59,658 bases of DNA, filler included, from Nitrospinota bacterium (GCA_022562795.1; 3 parts of 3 records of this genome joined end to end with filler, not necessarily neighbours in it), one strand, 5' to 3'; positions 29,199 through 39,564 are shown, counted from the first letter of the whole stretch. The notes: generated by a model from the sequence alone, not told the origin. Numbers and translations: made by a program.

Positions 29199-30167
29199 CT
29201 AGATATCAATTGAAACAATCTTCTTAATCAACAGGGCTCCGAGTATCACAAGCCCACCAGCGGTGTAAAGCATGATATTGCCGAGGGGGGTGGTAAAGAG
29301 CGGCTCCATGTAATTAGGGCTAAGGTAGTTGATAATAAAACCCATACCAATTGGCAATAGTCCCAACAGCCAACCGCTCAAGCGTCCTTCACCCGTCAGG
29401 GCCTTGATATGGCCCCTGAGCTTGAAGCGCTCCCGAATTGTGTAGCTAAGTTTGTCCAAAACCTCGGTCAGATTGCTACCTACATCCCACTGGATGAGCA
29501 CGCTGGTGACGAAGAGCTTCATGTCCATGTTGTCGCACCGGTGTAAGAGGTTCTACAGTGAGTCCTTCATGCTCACCCCCAACCGATTCTCCTCGTTGAT
29601 TTTTCTAAATTCGGTGCTGATGGGAGCTGAAAACTCCTTGGCTACCACCTCGAAGGCCATTGAGAGAGCGAAACCCGTCCGCAGGCTGCGGACGATAGTG
29701 TCGAGCGCCTCGGGCAGCTGCTTCGTGAGCTTTGACATCCGGTGCCGCTTGGCCAATTTAAGGTACAACCAGGGCCCTATGATACCTGCGACAAGGCCCA
29801 GCAGAGCATAAAGAGGACTCTTGGTGACCACGAAAACCACCGAGGAGCAGCTCCAGGCGGCAATGACGACGAGGAGCAAGAAGCGGTCCAGCAACATCCT
29901 TGTGCCTGCCTGGTCGAGCAAGGTGTCAAGAGAATTGGAAAAGGGCAAAAGAGCAAGAAACTTGTGAACAGCAGGGTTTTTCGAAAAGACGTTGACCCAG
30001 AGGATGCCGCCGCCAGGCTTCTTTTCGGTGGCCCCGACCCGAATGGCCTGAAGGCTTTCTCTGATAGACTTTTCGGTCTTATCGGCCTTGCTGCGCATCT
30101 GTAGATAAATGGCCTCTCCGAGCAGCGCCACGGTAGCGAAGGCAAATAGGAAGAGAACGTTCTTCAT
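29199..30167 (-). pseudogene. tadB: tadB interrupted by one in-frame TAG at 29553-29555
   Basis: Both ORF-track pieces share one frame: QLPEALD...GVSMKDSL*NLLHRCDNMDMKLFV...IRERFKLRGHIKALTGEGRLS. Confidence 0.9.
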
Positions 30168-31528
30168 CAGGAACTTGAAACCTCTTTATGAACGGTGAAG
30201 GTGTTCTCGGGAAGATGCACCCCGAACGACTCCAGCCTGTCCATGCAGCGAGGGCGGATGCCCGTGGCCTGAAAGACCCCTACCACTGAACCGTTGTTAT
30301 CCACCCCCAGTTGGCTAAAGATAAAGATATCCTGAGTTGTGAGGATATCCCCCTCCATCCCTGTAATCTCCGCGATGCGCGTCACTTTGCGCTTCCCGTC
30401 GGATAAGCGGTTCGCCTGGACGATGATGTCGAGGGCCGACCCTATCTGCTGACGGATAACCCTTTCGGCCAGGTCGAAGCCCGCCATAGTCACCATAGTC
30501 TCCAGCCGGGAAAGAGCGTCCCTGGTAGTGTTGGCGTGAATGGTGGTAAGGCTCCCATCGTGGCCGGTGTTCATGGCCTGGAGCATATCGAGGGCCTCCC
30601 CCGACCTGACCTCGCCTATAATTATACGGTCCGGCCGCATCCGAAGGGAGTTCCTCACCAGGTCGCGCTGAGTGACCTCGCCCTTGCCCTCGATGTTGGG
30701 AGGCCTCGTCTCAAGCCTCACGACATGCGGCTGCTGCAGCTGCAGCTCGGCGCTGTCCTCGATAGTGACGATGCGCTCGCCCTCGGGAATGGAGCCGGAC
30801 AGGGCGTTAAGAAGAGTCGTCTTGCCGCTGCCCGTCCCGCCCGATATAAGTATGTTGAGCTTCGCCCGAACGCAACCGGCTAGAAAGGTCACCATCTCTT
30901 CCAAAATGCTATCGAACCGAACCAGGTCTTCAAACTTAAGCGGGTCGGTCCCAAACCGGCGAATGGAGAGAGTCGGCCCATCTATGGCCAGGGGCGGAAT
31001 GATGGCATTGATACGGCTGCCGTCGGGAAGCCGGGCGTCCACCATCGGAGAGGACTCGTCGATACGACGCCCCACCGCCGAGACGATGCGGTTGATGATA
31101 TTGAGCAGGTGCTCGTCGTTCTTAAACCGGACGTTGGTACGTTCGAGCAGGCCGTTGCGCTCGATCCAAACCGAATTGTAGTTGTTGACCAAGATGTCGC
31201 TGATGGTCGGATCGCTGAGGAGCGTCTCCAGGGGGCCGTAACCGAGGGCTTCGTTCAAAACCTCCCCGACGAGCCTCTCCCGCTCAATTTGGTTAAGCGG
31301 GACGTTCTCACCTTGGATTATCTGGGTAAGGGCCGAGCGGATTTCCCTCCTGATCTCCTCTTTGTCCAGGGCATGGAGGCTTACGAGATCGATGTTGTCG
31401 ACGAGCTTCCAGTGAATCTCGCCCTTGAGCTTTTGATAGAGGTCGTCGCTCTCATGAGAGACTGGCTGGTCGTTATTCTCTCCCGCCGTGTCTTGAACCA
31501 CTGACTGGCGAAGACGGCTCCTCAACAT
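30167..31528 (-). CDS. tadA: Tad pilus assembly ATPase TadA/CpaF
   Basis: [32 protein letters not shown] and AMNTGHDG motifs. Confidence 0.96.
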   Translation of the reverse strand: MLRSRLRQSVVQDTAGENNDQPVSHESDDLYQKLKGEIHWKLVDNIDLVSLHALDKEEIRREIRSALTQIIQGENVPLNQIERERLVGEVLNEALGYGPLETLLSDPTISDILVNNYNSVWIERNGLLERTNVRFKNDEHLLNIINRIVSAVGRRIDESSPMVDARLPDGSRINAIIPPLAIDGPTLSIRRFGTDPLKFEDLVRFDSILEEMVTFLAGCVRAKLNILISGGTGSGKTTLLNALSGSIPEGERIVTIEDSAELQLQQPHVVRLETRPPNIEGKGEVTQRDLVRNSLRMRPDRIIIGEVRSGEALDMLQAMNTGHDGSLTTIHANTTRDALSRLETMVTMAGFDLAERVIRQQIGSALDIIVQANRLSDGKRKVTRIAEITGMEGDILTTQDIFIFSQLGVDNNGSVVGVFQATGIRPRCMDRLESFGVHLPENTFTVHKEVSSS

Positions 31529-31531
31529 GGG

Positions 31532-32707
31532 CTAACTCCCTCCTCTCTTCTTCAAGAAGCCTAAGAGACCCGAGCTCTCTTCTACCTCCGGCTTTACCTG
31601 CGTTAGAGCGGCGCACAGTGACGCAATCTCTTGGGTTAGTTTCGCCTTCGGGTAGGCTTCCTGTAGGAGCCTGCCGGTGTTGATGGCCTCCATCGTCTCC
31701 TGCTCCATATTACAGAGCGTAGCGGCGATGGGCCAATTCAAGGTCTTCTTGATATTCTTGACCGAAAAAACCTTCGCCTTTTTTGCGAACCGGTTCAAGA
31801 CCACCTTGATCTTGGCTCTGTCATATCCAAGCTGTTCGAGGAGCTCGAGGCAGCGCTTGGTGTTTTTGAGGCCCGGCACCGTCTGAAGCGTAACGAGGAC
31901 AATGGTGTCGGCGGAGTCCATGGCGGCCAGGAAAATGTCGTCAATGGCTTTTAGGCAGTCAACGACTATAAAGTCGAAGTGGCTGCGCAGGCTTTGAAGA
32001 ACACGGGTGACGTGCTCGCCCGTCACCTCCTCGGCTCCCTCGTAGGACCTGGGAGTCCCCAGGACGAATAGGCCAGAGGCGTGTCTGGCCAGGGACGAAT
32101 CGAGAAGCTCCCCGTCGATCCGGCTTATGTTCTGGATGAAATCTGTAACTGTAAAGTTGGCCTCCAGATTCAGAAAATAGGAGACGTCTCCCTTGTAGAG
32201 GTCCAAATCGAAGAGGATGCTTCTCTGCTTTGGACTCCTGGCTAAATAGCCGGCCAGGTTAGTCGCCATAGTGGTGGTGCCGCAGCCCCCCAGCAGGCTG
32301 AATACGCTGATGACCTTGCCCCCCTTGTCCCTGTTCTCCTGCGCCTTGCATATCGATCGGATCGTACGCTCAACGACCTCCTTGTCTTCTGGCAAAACGA
32401 AGAAGTCACGAACTCCGAGCCGCACCGCCTTAAGGATGAGGTCGGGGCTTTTCTCCTTGCTAAGAGCGAATACATGCATCTCCGCATGCTCTACCTTCAA
32501 CTGTTCGATGATGGCCAAGGCCTTGTCGGGGTCCTGGCTCAAATCGACGAAGAGAACGGCAGGTTTTTTGTCCGTGACCAACATGTAGCCCGATTGGTAG
32601 TCGGCAGCGTTGCCCACGACCTTAATCGCGGACTCCACGGACTTTCCCATCTCCTCCCTAATTGCAGCATCGGCTGAAATGATGACGCAACCTTCTTGGC
32701 TCACCAT
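31532..32707 (-). CDS. cpaE: CpaE/TadZ localisation protein (receiver-like plus MinD-like domains)
   Basis: N-terminal atypical receiver domain; deviant Walker A SLLGGCGTTT; FDFIVVD. Confidence 0.88.
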   Translation of the reverse strand: MVSQEGCVIISADAAIREEMGKSVESAIKVVGNAADYQSGYMLVTDKKPAVLFVDLSQDPDKALAIIEQLKVEHAEMHVFALSKEKSPDLILKAVRLGVRDFFVLPEDKEVVERTIRSICKAQENRDKGGKVISVFSLLGGCGTTTMATNLAGYLARSPKQRSILFDLDLYKGDVSYFLNLEANFTVTDFIQNISRIDGELLDSSLARHASGLFVLGTPRSYEGAEEVTGEHVTRVLQSLRSHFDFIVVDCLKAIDDIFLAAMDSADTIVLVTLQTVPGLKNTKRCLELLEQLGYDRAKIKVVLNRFAKKAKVFSVKNIKKTLNWPIAATLCNMEQETMEAINTGRLLQEAYPKAKLTQEIASLCAALTQVKPEVEESSGLLGFLKKRGGS

Positions 32708-32726
32708 CGTATCTCTCTTTCTATCT

Positions 32727-33566
32727 CTAGAAGTGTTCTAATCCACGCGTAGAGCCTCTAATCAATTCAACAGTCACCGGCGGAGGCAATGAAGGGGCTG
32801 ATGCTGGCTCAACTTTGGGCTTTGGCTTAGGCGGCGTCCAGCCGATGAGGCGGACAGGAGTCGAGCCTTTTGTATTGACCGGAGATTGATCGAGCGTGTT
32901 GCGCATAGCCAGCTGAATGTCGTTGCGGCTCGCCAACGCGAGCTTTTCAGCATCGGCAGGACCCACCAAGAGGGTTACGGCGCTCACGCGCTTGGGCTTG
33001 CCATTCTCACGGGTGATCTCTTGACCGACGGCAAGCACAGGCACACGCTGAAGAACCGTTTTGGTAATAACACCCTCGCCCTTTATTGGCTCCATGGTCA
33101 CGATAACATCCACGAGGTCGCCTGGCTTGATGAAGCCCGCCACGCCGATGATCTCGTTAACCCGGACGGCCACGGCCCGTTGACCCTTGGGGATTATCGC
33201 CGCCAGTCCCGTCCCTCCGCCTTTCGGAATCAGGTGACCTTCCAAGATGGGCTCGCCGGCGAGAATCCTTCGCGCCGCCGCCCGTCCCACCACTTTCTTG
33301 GAGTCCTGGAAGGCACCCTTAAGGAGGGCCTTCTTCGGCCAAGGAGCAGTTTTCACATCACTAGTGGTGACGGTCATACCCGGTGCAATTTCGCGCTCGG
33401 CGACCGCCAAGGTGGTGAAGCCCTCGCGGGCCAGCTTATCCCTGAGAGCGGCCGACATTTGACTCTCCCGCAGATTCATGTAGCGGGTCATCAAAAAGAT
33501 GGTCAGAAAGCCGGCTGCAACGGCCCCTACGAGTACGAGGACTCGAAGGTTTATAAAGCGTCCCAT
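32727..33566 (-). CDS. cpaB: Flp pilus assembly protein CpaB/RcpC
   Basis: SAF domain; GVAGFIKPGDLVDV and VLAVGQ motifs. Confidence 0.92.
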   Translation of the reverse strand: MGRFINLRVLVLVGAVAAGFLTIFLMTRYMNLRESQMSAALRDKLAREGFTTLAVAEREIAPGMTVTTSDVKTAPWPKKALLKGAFQDSKKVVGRAAARRILAGEPILEGHLIPKGGGTGLAAIIPKGQRAVAVRVNEIIGVAGFIKPGDLVDVIVTMEPIKGEGVITKTVLQRVPVLAVGQEITRENGKPKRVSAVTLLVGPADAEKLALASRNDIQLAMRNTLDQSPVNTKGSTPVRLIGWTPPKPKPKVEPASAPSLPPPVTVELIRGSTRGLEHF

Positions 33567-33590
33567 GACCTCCTCCTCCCTTCGGTAAAC

Positions 33591-34100
33591 TTAAAGTGGA
33601 GAGCCCCAAATAACAAAGCCCAGCGTGCCAGCGGCAATTGCTAGGCTGTAGGGCATGTGCGGTTTATCTCGGGAAGCTAGCGGGTAACGCCCCCGAAAAG
33701 TTATGAAGCAGACCAGGTCCTCGTAGATGGTCTTCATGAAGTTGGCGCCCTTTCCACCCGAGGCTACTATCATCCCCAGAGCTAAGACACCTCCCGCCAG
33801 TCCGCTATAAACCGTGGCGATGAGGATGTTCTTGGGGCCGAGCCATGCCCCCAGGCCCGCCAGCAGTTTCACGTCGCCTCCGCCCATCCCTCCGAGCATG
33901 TATGGGACGAGGAGAACCCCTAAGCCAACGGAGAGGCCAAGGGCGCTGGACTTCAAACCAGGAAGTCCAGTAGTGGCCAGGTGGAAGACAAGACCGCCCA
34001 CGGCTGCGGGCACGGTAAGGACATTGGGAATCTTCCGTGCCCAAAGGTCCGTCCCCACTGCGATGGCGAGAATTATGAGGATGACGATATTTGTACTCAT
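33591..34100 (-). CDS. cpaA: A24 prepilin peptidase CpaA/TadV
   Basis: TDL..RKIPN, GGGDVKL and PYSLAI motifs. Confidence 0.92.
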   Translation of the reverse strand: MSTNIVILIILAIAVGTDLWARKIPNVLTVPAAVGGLVFHLATTGLPGLKSSALGLSVGLGVLLVPYMLGGMGGGDVKLLAGLGAWLGPKNILIATVYSGLAGGVLALGMIVASGGKGANFMKTIYEDLVCFITFRGRYPLASRDKPHMPYSLAIAAGTLGFVIWGSPL

Positions 34101-34206
34101 CCTTGCTTCGAAGGCTCCATCAAAAGATTTCAGGCAAGGCCCACAGCGACGGGGACCAAAAGCCGCTTGCCTTTCCCCGAGCGCTGCAGGCCGAAAAGAA
34201 CCTCGT

Positions 34207-34392
34207 TTAGTTCGATGACGGAATCGTCGCGCTGAGCGTGGTGTTCACGCCGCCGAACACGCCGTTCAACGTAGTACCGAGGGTCTGAACGGTCAGAATG
34301 ATGGCAGCCGCAATGAGGGCTACCAAGAGGCCGTACTCAACCGCCGAGGCCCCATCTTCGTCCTGCATGAACATCTTGAGGTGCTTTATCAT
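34207..34392 (-). CDS. flp: Flp type IVb major pilin
   Basis: DEDG|ASAVEYGLLVALIA motif; GGAGGAAGG RBS. Confidence 0.93.
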   Translation of the reverse strand: MIKHLKMFMQDEDGASAVEYGLLVALIAAAIILTVQTLGTTLNGVFGGVNTTLSATIPSSN

Positions 34393-34510
34393 GGTGTCCT
34401 TCCTCCCAAAGCTTATTGTGCGATCTAACTTCTGGAAGGGTCGGAATTTCTGAGCACCCCCAAGGCACCCATTCCCTTCCACTTTGATCGGCTATTCAGC
34501 TATAGAGTTT

Positions 34511-34526
34511 AGCAAGGCCCGTGCCA
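34511..34526 (-). promoter_or_regulatory. sigma54 (-24/-12) promoter of the flp-tad operon
   Basis: Minus strand TGGCAC-GGGCC-TTGCT, an exact TGGCAC-N5-TTGCW consensus, about 120 nt upstream of flp. Confidence 0.85.
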
Positions 34527-34923
34527 CGCTTGGTCCCTGCCTTCCCATATTATCGTACCGGCATGGATACAGCCTTGGAACTGCTTGATAATAAAACAGA
34601 TAGGAAATGGACCGGGCAGCGTAGCACCCCTCAGCATTTCAGAATGCTTGTTTTGGTTGGAGCTGGGATGCTATCTTTTCGTAAAGGACTAGAGGATATG
34701 ATCAAAGTATCCCGCTTACTTTAGGATCCCTTCCACATTCACAAGACCGTAGAGAGGCTAACTTTTTGGTCCCATACAGCGCCCCGGTCGAGAATCAATC
34801 GGGGTTATTAGGTCCCATCGAGCAACCCAACCTTTGTCATCAACGCCATCTCTAGATAATCGGGATTGGACTGTTTAGCAATAATATCAAAGGCCCCACC
34901 GGTCACTTAGCCCTTTATCCCCA

Positions 34924-36681
34924 TCATTCATCTTCCGTGCCCAATCGGACGACGAAGGCCGCGCCACCGTCGGGGACGTTTTCGGCCCAGATCGACCCGC
35001 CGTGAGCCTCGACGATGCCTTGACAGATCGAAAGCCCCAAGCCCGTCCCCTTCCCCTCGTCCTTTGTTGTGAAGAAGGGGTCGAATAAATTCTTCAAGTC
35101 CTCAGTGGCGATGCCCTCGCCTGTATCTTCGACCCGAAGCTCAATAAACATCTGCCCATTGGTCTGGACCGCCTTGGTGGTGAGTGAGAGGCGGCCCCCG
35201 TCTGGCATGGCGTCCTTCGCGTTGGTTAGCAGATTGAGGACCACCTGCTGGAGCTGGTCCTGGTCGACTAAGCCCCGTGGCAGTTCATCTGAGAGCTTCG
35301 ACTCCACTTCAATGTTTTGTATTCGTAGACCGTGTTCGACGAGGCTGAGAGTGCGCTTAATCGATTCGTTGAAATCGATAAGGCGGCGCTCGGGCTCTCG
35401 CTGGCGGGAGAAGGAGAGGAGGTCGCGGGTGATCTTCGCAATCCGGTTGGCATGCTTCTCCATGATTCGCAGGCGTCGAGTAACCTCCGGGGGAGTGTCG
35501 GGATTGCCGATCAACGTGTAGAGACGCAGAATGATGACGTTCAGGGGGTTCAGTATTTCGTGAGAGACGCCGGCGGTCAGCAGACCCACAGAGGCCATCT
35601 TCTCTGCGCGGACGAGCTGCTCCTCCGACCTCTTGCGCTCACGGAGATCCTTGCTGAAACCCACGGCCCCAACCTCTTGGCCCTCCTCATCGTAGAGAAT
35701 GGACGCCGAAATCAACACCGGGATGCGGGTCTCGTCCTTCGCACGGAAGGTGGTCTCGAAAGCCGAGACCGTACCGCCCCCCTCGCGCATCCGGCGCATC
35801 ACCTCTTTCGCATCCTCCTCGCTCTCGTAGAGCACCGGACCTTTTCTGCCGATGACCTCCTCACGCCGATAGCCCGTGAGGGCCTCGGCGCCCTTGTTGA
35901 AGAGCACAACCTTTCCTGCCTTATCGGTCTTAACGATTGCGTCTGTGGAACTCTCGATGAGTCTTTCGAGATTTTGCTTGGCCTGAACCAGCTCTTTTTG
36001 GGATTTATTAAGGTTGTCCTCGGTCTTGGCCATTATAAACGCCATTAGAATAATTCCCACCATCAGGGCAAAACCTACAACAAAGAGGAAGGTGGAATAG
36101 CGCCTGACTTGCCTATCAAAGCCTCGTATTCTGTTTTTGATATTGTAGTAAGTCTCAAGCGCGCCAACTACTGAACCGTCTATCAAGATTGGAACGTTCG
36201 TCCGAACTATATAAACGGTCTCTTTCTTGCCCTCCGAATCTTCTATGTTTTTTCGTAAAAGATTAGTTTGAGCAACCCCTTTGGATATGCTGTCGGTAAA
36301 GTATCTTTCTCGATTTATTTCTCCTCTCTCTCTCGGATCGGAAGAATAAATAGTATTGCCTGATTTCGTGTAAATCTTCAGCTTCATCACGTCGAGTCTG
36401 TTTTCTATCTGTCTGACCTGCCTTAAGAGATCGCCTTGAAGGTCGGCTCTTTTCAATTCTACCTTGCCTGATCCGAGGGACAACGCTATGTCACGCGCTG
36501 AACCCCCTGCTTCAATTTTAATTTCGTTAATTGTAGACCTAGTCACTACAGGATTGATGATACTAATATTTATCGCCGAATACGTCGTTATTACCAATAG
36601 GGATAAGATGAGAATGATCCTTAAGAACTTGTTCTTGGAATAAATACGCAGGTTTTTTATTGTCTCGCGTATTTTATTCAC
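34924..36681 (-). CDS. membrane PAS-domain sensor histidine kinase (NtrB-like)
   Basis: Two TM helices, PAS (FNKGAEALTGY), H-box SHEILNPL, N-box NLLTNA, DTGEG, FDPFFTTK and GTGLGL. Confidence 0.92.
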   Translation of the reverse strand: MNKIRETIKNLRIYSKNKFLRIILILSLLVITTYSAINISIINPVVTRSTINEIKIEAGGSARDIALSLGSGKVELKRADLQGDLLRQVRQIENRLDVMKLKIYTKSGNTIYSSDPRERGEINRERYFTDSISKGVAQTNLLRKNIEDSEGKKETVYIVRTNVPILIDGSVVGALETYYNIKNRIRGFDRQVRRYSTFLFVVGFALMVGIILMAFIMAKTEDNLNKSQKELVQAKQNLERLIESSTDAIVKTDKAGKVVLFNKGAEALTGYRREEVIGRKGPVLYESEEDAKEVMRRMREGGGTVSAFETTFRAKDETRIPVLISASILYDEEGQEVGAVGFSKDLRERKRSEEQLVRAEKMASVGLLTAGVSHEILNPLNVIILRLYTLIGNPDTPPEVTRRLRIMEKHANRIAKITRDLLSFSRQREPERRLIDFNESIKRTLSLVEHGLRIQNIEVESKLSDELPRGLVDQDQLQQVVLNLLTNAKDAMPDGGRLSLTTKAVQTNGQMFIELRVEDTGEGIATEDLKNLFDPFFTTKDEGKGTGLGLSICQGIVEAHGGSIWAENVPDGGAAFVVRLGTEDE

Positions 36682-37184
36682 CGCACACTTCCCCCTCTAA
36701 CCCAGACAAACGATCCTTTAGAATTGAGGGATTCGGCGGGGGCGTCGGCCAAGCAGGCTGCTGGCAATCCGATATGGTTGAGCCAGGCCGAGGGAGCAGG
36801 CTTAGGCCCGCCCCATGCGGTGTTGAGCGAAGGGTCGCCTGGATGGCAGATGGCGGGAATAGGGAAGTCGGCCTTCGCGAGGCAGACAAACGCCACCGTA
36901 TCGTGGAGAATGTGGGTTAATGAATACGCGCCCACTAGAGGGCTCCCAGCCCTGGGCCCGTGGGCAAAAACGCGAACTTAATGTCTATATACTACAAAAG
37001 GAAGGAGTTGGCAAGCATTTTTTGAGGTAATTTCTTAGGATAAGTGCAATTTGGATCTTCCCGCTGTCCCCTGCACCCTCGTGCCAGAGCTCGTCGACGC
37101 ACCGTCGTTAGGGGGGTTTCATTCCCCTCAAGGATTGGATACTCTTGGGATATGTTGGTTCGACTCCCATGGAGGGAAAGAACT

Positions 37185-37649
37185 ATGGCGCAACAACGGT
37201 TCCTTACAGGCGAGGAGGTCCTCGCATTGCTCACCGGCCTCATCCACCCGCCCAAGCAGGTCGGGCCTGCGAGTGTTACCCTGACCGTCCGCGCAGTGGA
37301 AAAGGTGGTCGGTCCCGGCTCACTCGACTTCGGCGGCAGTGAGTGGCAGCCCGTGGAGACCGAACCCGTCGAGGCGGTCAAGACCGATACCCAGGAGCCC
37401 TACGGCTGGTGGGACTTGGGTCGGGGACGTTACCGGTTGGCATACAATGAGGCTGGGGCGGTCGCCGATGGTCACATCGGCCTTCTCGCGCCCTGGGCCG
37501 AGGCGGTATCGAGCGGGCTCATCCATCCGACGGTTTTCCTGCCTCCTGGAGCCCAGATCTCATCCATCGTGGTCGCCGTTGGGGCCTTTGGGATCAAGAT
37601 CAAAGAAAACGCCCGCGTGAGCGAGCTGGCCCTATATCGTCTTGGATGA
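37185..37649 (+). CDS. trimeric dUTPase/dCTP deaminase-like protein
   Basis: QVGPASVTLTV, GSLDFGGSE, YGWWDLGRGRYRLAYNE and IKENARV motifs; GGAGG RBS. Confidence 0.6.
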   Translation: MAQQRFLTGEEVLALLTGLIHPPKQVGPASVTLTVRAVEKVVGPGSLDFGGSEWQPVETEPVEAVKTDTQEPYGWWDLGRGRYRLAYNEAGAVADGHIGLLAPWAEAVSSGLIHPTVFLPPGAQISSIVVAVGAFGIKIKENARVSELALYRLG

Positions 37650-37715
37650 AAAGCTCCTAATAGCGAGGCCGGGCCGGGGAGCCGTTGGGCGCCCCTCCGA
37701 CAGGCTAAGCCGCCA

Positions 37716-38417
37716 TCACCGGATGTCCAGGAAGAAGGCCTCGGCTTGGGTGGAGATATCAAGGCCAAGGGCGGCCCGAAGGCAGATGACAAGGCATCGG
37801 CCCAAGGCCCGCCAGGGCCCCATGGCGAGGAATTTTCGACCCGAGGTCCTAACGGGCGACCAAATCAGGTGGACCCGCTCAGCCCGTGCGAGGCGGGTGG
37901 AGAACTCGAGGTCTTCGGCCGGAGCCTCCTCGTCAAAGCCCCCAAGCCGCCTGAAGAGCTCCCTGCCTACGAAGATCGCCTGATCGCCGTAGGGCACCCG
38001 GCTCACCCGGCACCTCATATTATCCAGCAGACTCACTAACATGAGAACAAAGCGCCGCTCGAGGAAGGCGTGCCGGAAGGCCCCCGCCACTCGGTCCGGC
38101 CCCACCTTTTCGGCCAGCTTGGCTATGCGTTCCAGCCCCCCTGACGGCAGGAAAGTGTCGGCGTGGAGGAAGAGCAGCGTCCGACCTCTGGCGGCCAGGG
38201 CGCCCCGGTTCATCTGGAGGGCCCGCCCCTTGGGGCTCTCCAGCAAGCGGACGGCTGGGAACGAGCGCGCCACCGCCGCAGTCTTATCGGTGCTGGCGCC
38301 GTCGACGACGAGGACCTCGAAGGAGCCAGACTGGGCGAAGAGGTGGCCGAGTGTTCCGGGAAGCAAGGCCTCCTCATTGTAGGCGGGGATGATTACAGAG
38401 ATTGCCGGTGCGTCCAT
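37716..38417 (-). CDS. GT2 glycosyltransferase (TIGR04283-like)
   Basis: SVIIPAYNEE, VVDGASTD, GRALQMNRGA, FLHADT, PYGDQAIF and TSGRK motifs. Confidence 0.85.
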   Translation of the reverse strand: MDAPAISVIIPAYNEEALLPGTLGHLFAQSGSFEVLVVDGASTDKTAAVARSFPAVRLLESPKGRALQMNRGALAARGRTLLFLHADTFLPSGGLERIAKLAEKVGPDRVAGAFRHAFLERRFVLMLVSLLDNMRCRVSRVPYGDQAIFVGRELFRRLGGFDEEAPAEDLEFSTRLARAERVHLIWSPVRTSGRKFLAMGPWRALGRCLVICLRAALGLDISTQAEAFFLDIR

Positions 38418-38592
38418 AGAATTATGAAGCGGGGCCGGGTCTTGGGGATTGTGGGAGTGAGGGATTGTCGGAGATAGATGGAGGGAGAAAATCCGGCCCC
38501 GCTTCCACTACCTTAAACACCGCAGAGGGTAGAAATGTTCCACGAAATGAGGGGGGAGGGGAAAAAAGGAATAGGAGCAGCGTCAGACCCCC

Positions 38593-39564
38593 CTACTCCC
38601 CCACCCTCTGCACCATTATTCTTTCTCGCTGGAGCTTATAGAGGAGACCTTCGGGGCCCTCGACGAAGACGTCTTCCTGCGTCTTGGCGAGCAGCTTGGC
38701 CTGCATGGGGATTCGGGCCCCGTCGATGTAGATGTTGGCGAGCGCCCCGTCCATGGGGTAGGCTTTGGCGGTCGCCTCCTTGAGGGCGGGCTGTAGGTCG
38801 AAAATCTTCTTTCGCTTGGCTCGGAACCGCCCCAGGTTGTCCCTGGCCTTACTGAAAGACGAGTCGGCCTGCAGGGCCATCTTGTATTGATGGAGGGCCC
38901 TGGTTACGAACCCCTGCTGCTCGTAAAGGTAGCCGAGGTTGTTGTAGGCGTCGGGGAAGTAGGGGTTGGCCTTGATCATCTCCTCGTATTGGTTGGCGGC
39001 CGCTTCGAGTCTTCCAAGCTCCAAGTAGATAAGCGCCAGGTTGAAGCGGGGCTCAAGGATATTGGGGTCGAGCACAAGAGCCCGGACGTAGGCCCGCTCG
39101 GCCTTGTTGAGCTCACCGTCTTCGAAATAGGCGAGCCCCAGGTTGCTGTACGTTTTGGGGTTTCTGGGGTTGATTTTGAGAGCGGCCCTGAACGCTTTGA
39201 CCGCCTCGCCGTAGCGGCCCCGCTTGGACAGCGCCACGCCGAGCATGATGCGGCCCTTCTCGTAGCGGGGCTTGAGCTCGGCGGCCCGCTGGAGGCTGGC
39301 GATGGCCTCATCCACCCGGTACTTTTTCAGTTGGACGAGCCCCACGTTGTAGTGGGCCAGAGCGAGGTCGGGGTCAACCTTCAGGGCCTGCCGCCAGAGG
39401 CTGAGGGCCTCGTCGAGGCGACCCGCTTCGTAGGCATCGAGCCCCTGGTTATAAAGCTTGACGGCGGAGAGGCCGGCGGGAGCAATACGTGGGGAAGCGA
39501 GGAGGGCGAGGGCGACCAAGAAAAGAGCCCAGGGGGCGGGGCGCATCCGGCGGCGGCGGTTCAT
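38593..39564 (-). CDS. secreted TPR protein
   Basis: Signal peptide followed by about 7 TPRs and a short non-TPR C-terminal domain. Confidence 0.85.
   Translation of the reverse strand: MNRRRRMRPAPWALFLVALALLASPRIAPAGLSAVKLYNQGLDAYEAGRLDEALSLWRQALKVDPDLALAHYNVGLVQLKKYRVDEAIASLQRAAELKPRYEKGRIMLGVALSKRGRYGEAVKAFRAALKINPRNPKTYSNLGLAYFEDGELNKAERAYVRALVLDPNILEPRFNLALIYLELGRLEAAANQYEEMIKANPYFPDAYNNLGYLYEQQGFVTRALHQYKMALQADSSFSKARDNLGRFRAKRKKIFDLQPALKEATAKAYPMDGALANIYIDGARIPMQAKLLAKTQEDVFVEGPEGLLYKLQRERIMVQRVGE

Noticed and set aside
34393..34510. c-di-GMP riboswitch in the flp leader
   Set aside because: A hairpin is present but there is no GGCAAAC...GAAA...GACGCAAAGC-type consensus.
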